DNA of 64,000 bases from Octopus sinensis (GCF_006345805.1 NC_043005.1:55490001-55554000); one strand, 5' to 3'. Positions 41,187 to 53,945 are shown, numbered from the stretch's first letter. Notes: generated from the letters alone by a model not told the origin. Translations and numbers: made by a program.

Positions 41187-41990
41187 TTTCTACTAAATGC
41201 ACAAAGCCTGAAAATTAGCGGGAGGGGACTAGTTGATAACATCAACCCGAGTATTTCACTGGTTTTAATTTATCGACCCTGAAAGGATGAAAGGCAAAAT
41301 TGATCTTGACAGAATTTGAACCCAGAACTGGCAATGGGTGAAATACCCCTACACATTTTATCCAGCATGCTAAAGACTTTATTAATGCCACAAGGCATTT
41401 TTCCTGGTAAGCTAACAATTTTGCCAACTTGTTGCCTTAATGATGATAACGGTGGTGCCCCAACATGGCCACAGCTTTGAACTGAAACTGATAAAACAAT
41501 AAAACAATAACAATGCTGATATTGATAATAATATTCCTTTCTACTAAAGGCACAAGGCCTGAAATTTGGAGGTAGGGGACTAGTTGATTACATCAACATC
41601 AGTGTTCCACTGGTACTTAATTTATAAGGCAGTGAGCTGGCAGAATCGTTAGCACACTGGGCGAAATGCTTAGCGGTATTTGTCTGCCGTTATGTTCTGA
41701 ATTCAAATTCCGCCGAGGTCGACTTTGCCTTTAATCCTTTCAGGGTCGATAAACTAAGTACCAGTTACGCATTGGGTTCGATGTAATCGACTTAATCCAT
41801 TTGTCCTTGTTTGTCCTCTCTATATTTGGCCCCTTGTGGATAGTAAAGAAATAGGTACTTAATTTATTGACCCTGAAAAGACGAAAAGCAAAGTTGACCT
41901 TGGTGGAATTTGAACTCAGAACGTAGCAATAGGCAAAATACTGCTCAGCATTTTATCCAGCATGCCAACAATTCTGCCAGCTTGCTATCT
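41187..41990. mobile_element. Cluster of SINE family C copies, including a nested insertion 41626-41853 (+) within a minus copy
   Basis: TSD ggtacttaatttat at 41612-41625 and 41854-41867. Confidence 0.85.
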
Positions 41991-43234
41991 TAATGATAAT
42001 AATGAAGATGATGATGATGATGATGATGATGATAATGCTGATATGAATAACAGTATTGATAATGAATTATATATTAGGGTTAATTTCTGTTGCTATTTAC
42101 CCACCTATCTACCTTACTAAAGTTGACCATTTACCTAAACAAAAGTAAACTAAATTAATTACATATCTTAAATTCTGAAATGAGGATAATAAATGAGAGC
42201 ATGATGGCCACTAAATTCTCAGATTATATATAGAAACACTGGTTCAGTGGATGAGTAAATATGAAAAGGCGCCATTTTGAATTGTAAAACAAGTTATATC
42301 CATAGCAACATTTCTTAGGTAGGAGGAACACATCAACTCTTCATAAAGTAAATACATCAAAATATTGTTTGCAAACTATTCCTGAATAAATATCATCAAG
42401 ATTTTACTTTTACTTTTGTTTTTGTTTTGTTTTCTTGTCTTTTTTTTTTTTTGATATTTCATACTTTTTCATTATTTGCAATATTTTCCGAGGAAAGGTT
42501 GCAGTAATATTATCAACCACACATTTACAGCCTAAATTTGCTTACGCAAGAGATATCTCTGTGTTTACCATCGGATTTCTATCTCTGGCCAAAATCCTTT
42601 TGATGCTATACTTTGAGCAAATGTGCAAAGATAAAAACTTCCCATAGAGCTTTCGATTGCATTATATATTAGCGCTCCAAGATATTTACCCAACATTTTG
42701 TCACAATTGTTCTAGTTCATTTCCAAACCAGCAGACAGTGAGCTATGCAAATTGTCTCCAGACATTGCTTTCATTCAAAGAGATCAAGAAAGCAATATGA
42801 CTATTTTCTTTTCTTCTTTTTTTTTTTGTTTTGTTTTGTTTTGCGCTCAAGTTGCTGCTTTTGTTGTTGTAGTTGTTGCTGTTGTTGTTGTTGTTGTTGT
42901 TGTTTTGTTTTCATACATGGAATGGTTCACCAGGGAATTGAACATTTACTGTCAAAGTTTCGATTCCAATCTGAAAAATAAAAAAAAGAAAGAAAGAAAG
43001 AAGAGGAAATTAGAATAAACATCTTTGCTTGAGCAGAAATCTTTCAAAGACAGAAAAGAATTGTGATGTCTCAAAAATAAATGTCTCCCTGAAGAATGAG
43101 ATCAAAATACTGGCAGTTCCAGTGAAAAATCAAAACTTTTTGTTCCTTTTTTCTTTCTTTTTGTTTTTTGTTTTTCATTCTTTGTTCCAATAATAGATAT
43201 TCTTGTACTTTAAAACAGAAGATATTTAAAAAGT

Positions 43235-43275
<41 letters not shown>

Positions 43276-43436
43276 ATATGTATGTGCGTATGAATGTATG
43301 TATATGGCATACATATCATATATGTATACATTTTACATATATTAAGTATATATGAATATATATATTAATATATATATATTATATTCATACATATACACAC
43401 ACATACACAAATATAAGTAAATGTATATATATATGC

Positions 43437-43493
<57 letters not shown>

Positions 43494-43548
43494 GTGGTAT
43501 ATGTATGCATGTATATATACATACATATACACACATGCACAACATATA

Positions 43549-43581
<33 letters not shown>

Positions 43582-44519
43582 TGTATATACATGTATATAT
43601 GTATGTATGTGTGTGTGTATATATGTGCGTATGTATATATATATATATATATATATTGAAATGATGATGGTGTTGATGGTAGTACATCATCATCATTAGA
43701 ACATTCACTTATCTATTCTTGTATAGATCAGACAGAAATTAATGAGGCAGATGTTCTGTGAATTGATGTCCCTCCTGTCAGCAACTCTCACCTGTTTCCA
43801 ATCAAGGTGATGTTTCCCCGTGGCTAGACGTATATCCCATAGAAGCCTGGAAAGAAACGACCCTGCTTATATAATGTTAATGGTTGTTAATAGCCATCAT
43901 ATGATGTGAAGACAATGGTATATACAAACACACATATATGATGAGCTTTTTTCAGTTTCTGCCTATTAAATCTTCTCACAAGGCTTTGGTTGGCCTGGGG
44001 TTATAGGAGAAGACATCTGCCTAAGGGGACCCACAGTAGCACTGAACTCAAAGCCACGTGGTTCAGAAATAAACCCCACAATCATGCATGAATCTATAAT
44101 ATGTGTGTGTGTGTGTGTGGTGGGGGTGTAATAAGTACTATGTTTCATAAAAGAAATACCTGGTGGGCTTATGATAGTTCATTCAGCTAAAAATTCCTCA
44201 TTATGGTTGCAATCTAATGACTGAAACAAGTAAAAGAGTAAAAGAATAAAAGAATATATATATATATATATAGCAATTAAGGACAACTTCTTAATAAGGA
44301 AAACTTAACAAGAAATTATCGGGTAGATAGCGTGAAAAACCTCATAAGAGAAAAAATTTCGAAAATAATTCTTTCTTATTGAACATATTAAATTTATATA
44401 TAGAGGGCATTATTATACATACATGCCACACGCTAAGAGGGACAAAATTAGTCATTTCTACCAAAAATTTTACTAATCCCACCGAATGCAATTTTTCAAA
44501 GTAAGACATTTAAAATATG

Positions 44520-44566
44520 GACTTGTATCACCTGTGATTTCATACCTCTGTATTCATCAGCAAGTC
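44520..44566 (-). ncRNA. Canonical type I hammerhead ribozyme
   Basis: GACUUG-CUGAUGA-AUAC-AGAG-GUAU-GAA-AUCAC-AG-GUGAU-A|CAAGUC; all three stems pair; predicted cleavage between 44526 and 44525. Confidence 0.9.
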
Positions 44567-44978
44567 TGGACGTATTATAAATAATCGACCCTACATCGTC
44601 AAAGCCGGGCAGCCAACTGATCAACATCAACGACGCACATGGGTTAGTTTACATATATTACATCCGGTAAATGGCAAACTTTTACGAATTGCATTTCGGG
44701 AAAGGAAAAGTTTTTTCGGAATAAAAATTTAGCAATTAAGGACAACTTCTTAATAAGGAAAACTTAACAAGAAATTATCGGGTAGATAGCGTGAAAAACC
44801 TCATAAGAGAAAAAATTTCGAAAATAATTCTTTCTTATTGAACATATTAAATTTATATATAGAGGGCATTATTATACATACATGCCACACGCTAAGAGGG
44901 ACAAAATTAGTCATTTCTACCAAAAATTTTACTAATCGCACCGAATGCAATTTTTCAAAGTAAGACATTTAAAATATG

Positions 44979-45025
44979 GACTTGTATCACCTGTGATTTC
45001 ATACCTCTGTATTCATCAGCAAGTC
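44979..45025 (-). ncRNA. Canonical type I hammerhead ribozyme (identical second copy)
   Basis: Same sequence as 44520-44566, offset by 459 bp. Confidence 0.9.
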
Positions 45026-45743
45026 TGGACGTATTATAAATAATCGACCTACTCGTCAAAGCCGGGCAGCCAACTGATCAACATCAACGACGCACATGGG
45101 TTTATTTTACTATATTACATCCGGTAAATGGCAAACTTTTACGAATTGCATTTCGGGAAAGGAAAAGTTTTTTCGGAATAAAAATTTAGCAATTAAGGAC
45201 AACTTCTTAATAAGGAAAACTTAACAAATAATTATCGGGTAGATAGCGTGAAAAACCTCATATATATATATAACATTTTATATTGTAAATATATATATAT
45301 ATTATATATTGTGTGTGTATATATAATAATATATTATATATATATACACCCTATATATCAGTATTACATATGTATATATATATGTATATATATATAGTAT
45401 ACATACATATGTATAAATATATATGTAATATATATTACATATGTATATATATATGTATATATATATGTATGTATATATATATTATATCTATATATATAAT
45501 ATCTCCCTCTCTCTCTTTGGAGAGGCACAAGCACCTACACGCACATATACACACACACCGCAGTAACTTCCACCTACCGAATTCAATCACAAAGCTCCGG
45601 TCAGCACGGGGCTATAGTGAAAGACACCTACCCAAAGTGCCACGCAGTGGGACTGAACCCGAAACCATATAGCTAGAAGCAAGCTCCCTAACCCCACACA
45701 GCCATGCCCGCATAAATACATATATATATATATATCTATATAC

Positions 45744-45813
<70 letters not shown>

Positions 45814-45887
45814 ATATATTATATAGTATATATTATATATGTATTTATATATATATATGTATATATGTATATATATATATGTGTGTG

Positions 45888-46872
45888 TACTACTACTATG
45901 GCAATCCCTCAGGGCCGAGGATGATGGTCTTCACGCAAATTTATTGGTGAGTCCGCAGGTGACTGATAAGACCAATTCTTGCTCGAAAGATCGGTCACAG
46001 TGCGGACATCTAGTGCCGGAAGGGAGAGTCGCACGTGGTTGTTGTTGGGCTCCTTCCGTTGTCCGTCTTTTCTCCTCCAGCTCTGCAGACCTTTTTGACT
46101 CGAAATTCGCCGTTCCTCATGGATGGTGGTTTTCCAGAGTGGTCTGTTATTTGCCGTTTCCTCCTCCAGTTGGTGAATCAATGTCACACTTTTTGAGGTT
46201 CGATTTAGGGAGTCCTTGTAGCGTTTCTTCTTCTGGCCTCCTTTTGTACGCTTGCCGTCTTTGAGTTGGGAGTAGAAGATCTGTTTGGGAAGTCGTTCAT
46301 CAGTCATTCTCACCATGTGGCCACTCCATCTTAGTTGGCCTTTGATGACATAGGCTTCGATGCTGGTCATTTTTGCTTCTTGTAGCATGCTGACGTTAGT
46401 TCTTCTGTCTTCCCAGCTGATGTTGAGGATCTTCCGAAGACAGCGTTGCTGAAATTTCTCGAGCGTTTTCAGGTGGTGACTATACAGGGTCCAGGTTTCG
46501 GATGTGTAAAGAGGGTTGGAATAATGATTGCCCTGTACACCATGAGTTGGTTTCGGTTCGGATGTCCCGATCAGCAAAAACTCTTGTTCGAAGCTTGCCC
46601 GAACCATTCCTGCACACTTCAGACGGTGGTTGGATTTCATCGCTGAGGTCTACCTTTGCTGACAGATGGCTCCCAAGGTAGTCAGAAGTGGTTCACATTT
46701 TCCAGTGGATTTCCTTTGATTGAATCGATGCGGGGGTTCAACACGGGCATTGGGGGGAGGTTGGTAGAGTAAGTGAGTCTTCTTGATGTTGATGCTCAGT
46801 CCAAGTTTAGTATATGCATGATGAAAAGCATTTAGGATCTGTTGGAGGTGATCCTCTCTGTGAGCTGCTACA
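45888..46872 (-). mobile_element. 5'-truncated RTE LINE
   Basis: LGLSINIKKT...SETWTLY...QRCLRKILNISWEDRRTN...QLRWSGHMVRMTDERLPKQIFYSQL...CPHC; 3' tail (AGT)n. Confidence 0.9.
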
Positions 46873-46947
46873 CTGTGTGTATATATATATATATGTGTGT
46901 GTGTGAGTGTGTGTGTGTGTCTATACATACATATAGATACATACATA

Positions 46948-47132
46948 CATAAATAAGGGTGCAAAACAACACCTGCAATTGCAAGAAATGAGAGCTAAAA
47001 AATATAACTCAAATAGTCACACAGCATCACCAGCCTCATGAAATATTCAGTGATTTTTTTAGGCTATTCCAGTTATCTGTTTTAGTTCTCATTTCTAGCA
47101 ATGGCAGGTGCTATTTTGCACCGTTATTTATG
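46948..47132. mobile_element. MITE with ~55-bp imperfect TIRs
   Basis: cataaataagggtgcaaaacaacacctgcaattgcaagaaatgagagctaaaa vs ttttagttctcatttctagcaatggcaggtgctattttgcaccgttatttatg. Confidence 0.75.
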
Positions 47133-47367
47133 AATTTTGCCTGTTTGGTTTTAATTGCTATAGCCACCTATGCTATAAAGTATTTAATATATCATAGTAT
47201 ATCAATATACCTGGTGTTAAGAAGGGCACCCAGCTGTAAAAATCCTGCCAAAACAGCCACAGAAGTCTGATCCAGGCTTAAGTTTGGTCGGCTCTTATAG
47301 TACTGTCCTAAATATATATATTGTATGTGTGTATATATATATTATATATATATATATATATATAGGG

Positions 47368-47500
47368 GTGGAGAATTCGCAAAAAACAAAAGACAAAGGC
47401 AGGTGGTGTAGACAACAAAGAGATGTATTAGTATAATGCTCAGGAAGTGAAAATGTCTTTAGCGTTTCGAGCCTGCACTCTTCCACAGAAAAGAACACAC
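47368..47500 (-). mobile_element. Short HHR-like repeat (CUGUGGA core), copy 1
   Basis: Aligns with 48503-48630; minus strand UUU-CUGUGGA-A-GAGU-GCAG-GCUC-GAAA-CGCU-AAAG at 47456-47493. Confidence 0.6.
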
Positions 47501-48133
47501 ACATATATACATATATATACACATACATATATATGTGAGGGGTTTCTTTCAGTTTCCGTCTACCAAATCCACTCACAAGGCTTTGATTGGTCCAAAGCTA
47601 TAGCAGAAGACATTTGCCCAAGATGCTACACAGAGGGACTGAACCTAGAACCATGTGGTTGGGAAGCAAGTTTCTTACCATACATCTATGCCTGCACTTA
47701 TAGTTTTTTTTTTTTTTCTAACAGGTTTAACAGAAAATACTGACAGAAGACAAAGATCTCTGTTGTTTCCCTTAGTGATCCAAGATAATACCAACAAAAA
47801 TAATTCTCGCTTCAATATAAGTCAACTAGTAATAAAAACACTGAAAACGAAAATTCTTCATATATATGCCACTTGATGAACATTTGTCAGACATTAAAGT
47901 AGAAGTAATGAAAAAGTAACCAATTTTAATAATTATTGTAATTATTTTGAGTTTTTTTTTTTATTTATTAATACTCACGTGTTCTCATCATGACCTCTGT
48001 CAGAAATGTACTTTGAATTGTACCAACATTACTGTCAATCTTCGATTTTAAACAATAATAAATTTAATTTATAAAACACACTCCATGTACATGTAACTTT
48101 GTACTACTACCTGCAAACATGATATATACATAC

Positions 48134-48210
<77 letters not shown>

Positions 48211-48241
48211 AACATATATATGTGTGTATATTTATATATAT

Positions 48242-48447
48242 GGAGATGTACTCGCATAGCAAGTGATTTGATCTGAGATTGTGTGCTGGAACGAAAACAA
48301 TTGCAGCGTGGAAGGTGTTTGTAAGCCATTTAAGAGACACACAAAAGCTGTTTGATTCACTTCAACATTTAAGTTTAATTTGTCAAAATATTTTCGCCGC
48401 TAAAATCCGCGACCTGTTCACTGACAAAAATCCGTGCTGCATCTGCT
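48242..48447 (-). mobile_element. Short repeat in (TA)n carrying a G3-C8 hammerhead-like motif (48379-48428)
   Basis: Minus strand UUUGUCA-GUGAACA-G-GUCGC-loop-GCGGC-GAAA-AUAUUU-UGACAAA. Confidence 0.65.
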
Positions 48448-48462
48448 CCCTATATATATATG

Positions 48463-48502
<40 letters not shown>

Positions 48503-48505
<3 letters not shown>

Positions 48506-48682
48506 AGAATTCACGGAAAAAACAAAAGATGAAGGCAGGTGGTGTAGAAAACAAACAGATGTATTTGTATAATGCTCAGGAATTGAAAAAGTCTTCTACG
48601 TTTCGAGCCTACGCTCTTCCACAGAAAGGAACACAGAAAGAACCAAGGAGAGAAAAAAAATGTGTGTAGTGGCTACCGGTCT
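48503..48682 (-). mobile_element. Short HHR-like repeat (CUGUGGA core), copy 2
   Basis: Minus strand CUUU-CUGUGGA-A-GAGC-GUAG-GCUC-GAAA-CGUA-GAAG at 48593-48628; (TA)n flanks. Confidence 0.65.
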
Positions 48683-49697
48683 ATATATATAGGAAATTAA
48701 TTATATGCCCAGTCACACAGTGACCAAGGGTCTCACATCCATAAGGTGCTTAGCCTTATAGACAGCTCATTGGACTGTAATAAAGATTGCCAGCATATAA
48801 CCTTTTGCAAATTGGAGATAGAAAAAGATTTGCTGATTGGAACTAGTCTAAAGGCAATGACCCCCATCCCACCTGACGTTCAGACTATATATATATATTT
48901 TTTGTTTACAAAATTTACTGATCATAACATTTTTCTATTTCCAAATTGAAAAGAAGCTATATTCGCACAGTAATATAACGCAGAACCATCGGTTATTCTA
49001 TGACCGGACATATATTTAGCTTGCCATAAATACTGTGTTTGTGTGTGTGTGTGTGAGCAAGCAGAGTAAAGTAGTACTTTGCACATTTGGATGAAGTTAG
49101 ATGCATTTTATAACAGTTTGTCTCTGCTGCACATGACTTTAAAGTTTCATGAACATACGGACACATACATTTCATTACATGTTCAAAGAGAAAGTGGGGA
49201 GTTTGAAAAAAATTCAAGACAGAATGTTTGCAGGATGTTGATATCACTTTGATGGAGGGCTGTAGCACATTACATTTGGTCATATCAGTCTCTTGTACTG
49301 AGTGCCACACATGGCCAGGTAAATTGTTGGCTTAATTCAGTAGCTCAGTCATTGCTCAGTAAAATTTAAGCACACTTGTAGTTTTTATGTGAGAGTTGAC
49401 AGTGTGATAGTGTTGTGTTACAACAGAAGATGCATGACCAAAGTGGTGGGCTGTAGTCTATATGGTTTATATATTTTGCCTTTATGTGTGGGTCAGTTAT
49501 GCTCCTGGTCACTGAAACCCATATATACCACCCCGTACACGTTTGTTGAGTGTAATTGCTTTGTTTAATTTTTCTGTTTTCTTCACCATGTAATCAACAC
49601 ATATTATTATTTTTATGCTTCTTCCTTTCTTCAGGAGTTTCTTCATTTTACATGAAATTGTTTTTTTATCTATGTCTACTTCTATCTGTGTGTGTAT

Positions 49698-49746
<49 letters not shown>

Positions 49747-49951
49747 ACTGCCTAAATCAAAATGTATACAGGGTTCAATCTTCCCTATACTTCCCTACAG
49801 TCTGATGTAAATTTATGCCAGAGTATACCAGAAGTGTGAATCTACAGCTTAAGGTTCACTTGTAAAGTTTTATTGCAAATATGAGTTACAGAAATGGTCT
49901 CCTACTGCAAGCAGTATTGTGATGTAAAAATTTGATACAAACTGAGTGAAA

Positions 49952-50186
49952 AAGGCGGCGAGCTGGCAAAAACTTTAGCACACAAGGTGAAATGCTTAGC
50001 AGTATTTCATCTGTCTTTACGTTCTGGGTTCAAATTCCACTGAGGTCGACTTTGCCTTTCATCCTTTTGGGGTCGATAAATTAAGTACCAGTTATGCACT
50101 GGGGTCCCTGTAATCAACTTAATCTCTTTGTCTGTCCTTGTTTGTCCCCTCTATGTTTAGCCCCTTGTGGGCAATAAAGAAATAAG
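49952..50186 (+). mobile_element. SINE family C with alternative tail
   Basis: 13-bp TSD aaactgagtgaaa (49939-49951, 50187-50199); tail identical in type to 41626-41853. Confidence 0.88.
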
Positions 50187-50448
50187 AAACTGAGTGAAAC
50201 CCTATCAGATGAATTATATCTACTGTTAAGTTCTAGACTAAATTCATCACTCAATCTAACCCTATCATTAGGACATTGGGGTGCCTTTAGCAGATTCCAC
50301 TCTAATTCAAGAATCTCAGCCAGTTCTTCTGTCTGCAAAATTTGTCTACCTTTCTTCCTGTCCTCCTACAAGTAGCAGAGACCTAAAAAGGGTTGTGGGT
50401 GCTACCCTTCTTTCCTTCTCCAACAAAGTCATTCAAATTTATTTCAAA

Positions 50449-50961
50449 CTAGCAGTATCGCCCAGCGTTGCTCGGGTTTGTAAGGGAAATAACTATATAA
50501 GCATTTTTAGAGAGTTACTTCCCTTATAGATGCCAATTTCGGCTTTCTTAGCCATTTCTGTTTTGGTGTCTTCAAGCCATGAAGTCGTTGTTCTAAAAGA
50601 ACGCTGGTCTCCTTGACAACGCTTTACGACGTTAATTTCTTTACACTCCCTTCCCCACAGCTTCACGAGGGAGGGAAGAAGGGGGAGAAGCAAACAGGTG
50701 CAGGTGTGACCATGGACGCCAACTCCGCCGCCATTGACACACGAAAAATTATGCATTAAAATGGAATAAAAAATGATGTTAAATTATTTTTAAAATCGTA
50801 GACTCATCGTAGACGCACACTAATACTCAGACAGGCTCGATATGAATCACGACTATAAGATACCCGAATTTGGTTAAACTGCACCACAAAATGTGGGAGT
50901 AGTTAGGAATCTAAATCGAAGGGGACAGACACTCACACAACTACAGTTTTATATATATAGA
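50449..50961 (-). mobile_element. Non-autonomous Helitron (~513 bp)
   Basis: Minus strand A|TCTATATATATAAAA...subterminal hairpin CCCGAGC-AAC-GCTGGG...CTAG|T; no TSD. Confidence 0.85.
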
Positions 50962-52090
50962 TGTGACAGTACAGAGCCTATCTGACTCTCTCCCTAACAT
51001 CCTTCTCCACCCTCTAGCTCTCTCACCATCTTGAGTCACATATTTTAAGAAACTATATAACATTCTGCTTATACTATCTCCAGGCCATTTCGTATACAAA
51101 ATCATCATTTACCCTTACTTTTTCATCCACCCATTGTTATCCATCATTCTCTCACCCTTATCCACTCTGGAGCTAAGTGCATTGACAAAATGTGCTAAGA
51201 ACACTCTGTTAAGTTTAGGATTTGGCAGACTCTTTAGACTTGTCAAACATTTGACAATCTTTCAAATGTTTGCATCCAGTACCCTCTGTAAAATGTTTGG
51301 TGTTAGAAGGGCATACAACCATAGCAATCAAGCCCAAAGTAATCCTCTCACTCATCTGAGAGAGCAGTAATGATCTCTCAAACCCTTGCCTGCAAGGAAA
51401 GCAGATGTAAAACCACAGCAATGATGGAGATGCTGATTCCCTCACATAAAATTGTGCAGACAAGCTTTTTCACTTCTCACAGATTTTTGATCAAGAAGGA
51501 CTATAGTGAAGGTGCTTCAACCGTGCTTATCTTGTCAGATTTTAGAGGCATGTAGAACTATATCCACTGTAATATTTATCTCCACTTAAATATGGATGTT
51601 CTGTTAGAACAAACTTTACTCATATTGGTTTTTGGTGCAAAATGCTCTCTTGATTATATCACTAGCAGGGAGATAAATCCCTTCCACCTCCAGTGCTGAG
51701 ACTACCAGATCATGTGATATTGACTGTACTTGGTCTAATCAATGATGAATGCTTGACCACTTGAGATAACAGTGATTTATCTCTCCACCAGCGACATGTA
51801 GAAAATCAGTGCCAGAACAGGTGCTGTTGCTTCAATTAGCCAGTGAGTTTGTTAAAAAAAAAATATTATATATTATATTTTAAAGAATATTATATTTGCT
51901 CGACTAAAGGTGGTGCTCCAGCATGGTTGCAGTCAAATGACTGAAACAAGTAAAAGAGTAAAGAGTAAAGAGTATATCCAATGTATTCTTACTGCATTTA
52001 AAGTTCTTAGAGCATGTGATTTGGGGTGATTTTTTTTGACTGCTATTGCTAGCAAGACCAGTACCACATTAAGGCTCACTCAACCCATAT

Positions 52091-53043
52091 TTTGCTCTTA
52101 CACACATACAAATTCTACCTTTTTCTTATTTTTGATTAATTTAAAAATTTTCCTTTCTTTTTCTGATGTTTTAACTTTTTATTTACCTTCCACGCTGCAA
52201 TTGTTTTCGTTCCAGCACACGATCTCAGATCAAATCACTTGCTATGCGAGTACATCTCCATATATATAAATTTATTTTTTTATTTATTTATCCTACCTGT
52301 TCTTACTCTTTCCAGATAGATTCCCTGAAGTAGAATTTTAGAGTATTTAATTGTTCTTGGTACAAGTTTTCAAATTAAACAGTAGAAACAGAGTGAACTC
52401 TATACAGACTGATGGCAACCAGTAAAATGGTGTACAAGAACATTAAAAAATAAACCATGCATGATCATTATCTGTTTTACATACATACTTACATACATGC
52501 ATACATACATACATAAATACATACATACATAAATACATGTATACATACATATTTATATATTTACACACATACACTCATGTATATATACATACACACACAC
52601 ACACACATACACACACACACATACATATAAACTCATACACAAGCATATTCATACATCCATACATATATTCACACACACATACACAATGGAGTTTTATTTG
52701 GACAAACTATCAACAAAATAGTTTATTTGGCTTGAAATCTTGGAAAAAAGGTGGAGAAAATGGAAAGAGAAAGCGGCAGAGAAACAGAGGAAGAAAGAGA
52801 GAAAGGAAGAGAGAGAGAGAGAATGGAAGTGTGACAGAAAGAGACAAAGAAAGACAGGAAAAAGAGAGAAAGAAAGACAGGAAAAAGAGAGAAGAGATAC
52901 AAAACAAATATAAAATTTTAACTGCAAATATCCAACAAAAATATTTTTTAAATAAAAAGTTAAAACACCAGAAAAAGAAAGGAAAATTTTAAAATTAATC
53001 AAAAATAAGAAAAAGGTAGAATTTGTATGTGTGTAAGAGCAAA
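52091..53043. repeat. 95-bp near-perfect inverted duplication (52091-52185 / 52949-53043)
   Basis: Arms are reverse complements with about two mismatches. Confidence 0.9.
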
Positions 53044-53399
53044 TGTGTGTGTGTTGTGTTGTGTGTGTGTGTGTGGCAGTTATTTATTTTTTTTTTGCCT
53101 TTTTCTAAAATTAGCTTATCACTTAATCAACATTCTTCCCAATTTAATAGCCCATGATTATCACTATTTATTCCATGCCTGGTAGCAACAAAGCTGTGTC
53201 CTGACGGCTGCACACGTAATTTCAAAAAATGTCGTTGTTGGACAATGAATTATTCGCAATGAGTAGAAGGTACTTAGATATTACTTACTCACTCTTACCA
53301 CATATATATATATGTAATATATATATATATATATATGTTATATATACATATATATATACATATATATTATATCTATATATATATTATACATATATATAT

Positions 53400-53443
<44 letters not shown>

Positions 53444-53506
53444 CACATATATGTGTATTTGTGTATATATTATATATGCACAAATATGTATAATTGTATA
53501 TATTTT

Positions 53507-53537
<31 letters not shown>

Positions 53538-53548
53538 ATATATATAAT

Positions 53549-53579
<31 letters not shown>

Positions 53580-53656
53580 TATCTACGTGTGTACGTGTGG
53601 TATATATATAAATATGTATATATATGTATATATATATATGTATACATATATGTATA

Positions 53657-53696
<40 letters not shown>

Positions 53697-53857
53697 CTAT
53701 GTGTGTGTGTATATATGTGTGTATACATACACACACATATGTGTGTGTGTATGTGTGTCTGTGTGTGTGTGTGCGTGTGTATATTGGAGAAACTCTGTCT
53801 CTTTTGTATATCGATCAATTTCCTTCCTCTAAATGTCTGACAGCTACAATGCCATAC

Positions 53858-53945
53858 TAATAACAATAACAACAACAGTAATAACAATAATGATAATGAC
53901 GACGGTGATGTCAATGACGACGACGGTGGTGATGATGAAGATAAA

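Larger units (their letters stand above)
44272..45262 (-). mobile_element. Retrozyme-like tandem array: 459 + 457 + 75 bp units, one type I HHR per full unit
   Basis: Unit starts agcaattaagg at 44272, 44731 and 45188; only a handful of differences between units; no ORF of 60 aa or more; (TA)n on both flanks. Confidence 0.88.

Noticed and set aside
44272-45262. CRISPR array or simple satellite interpretation of the tandem repeat
   Set aside because: Units are 459 bp with no unique spacers, the context is eukaryotic, and each full unit holds a hammerhead.
46290-46310. CUGAUGA on minus strand
   Set aside because: It is part of RTE coding sequence (MTDER), with no hammerhead stems.
51130-51560. 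Possible ancient CR1/L2 RT remnant (also 19060-19745 and 26990-27650)
   Set aside because: Similarity is too weak to support by eye.
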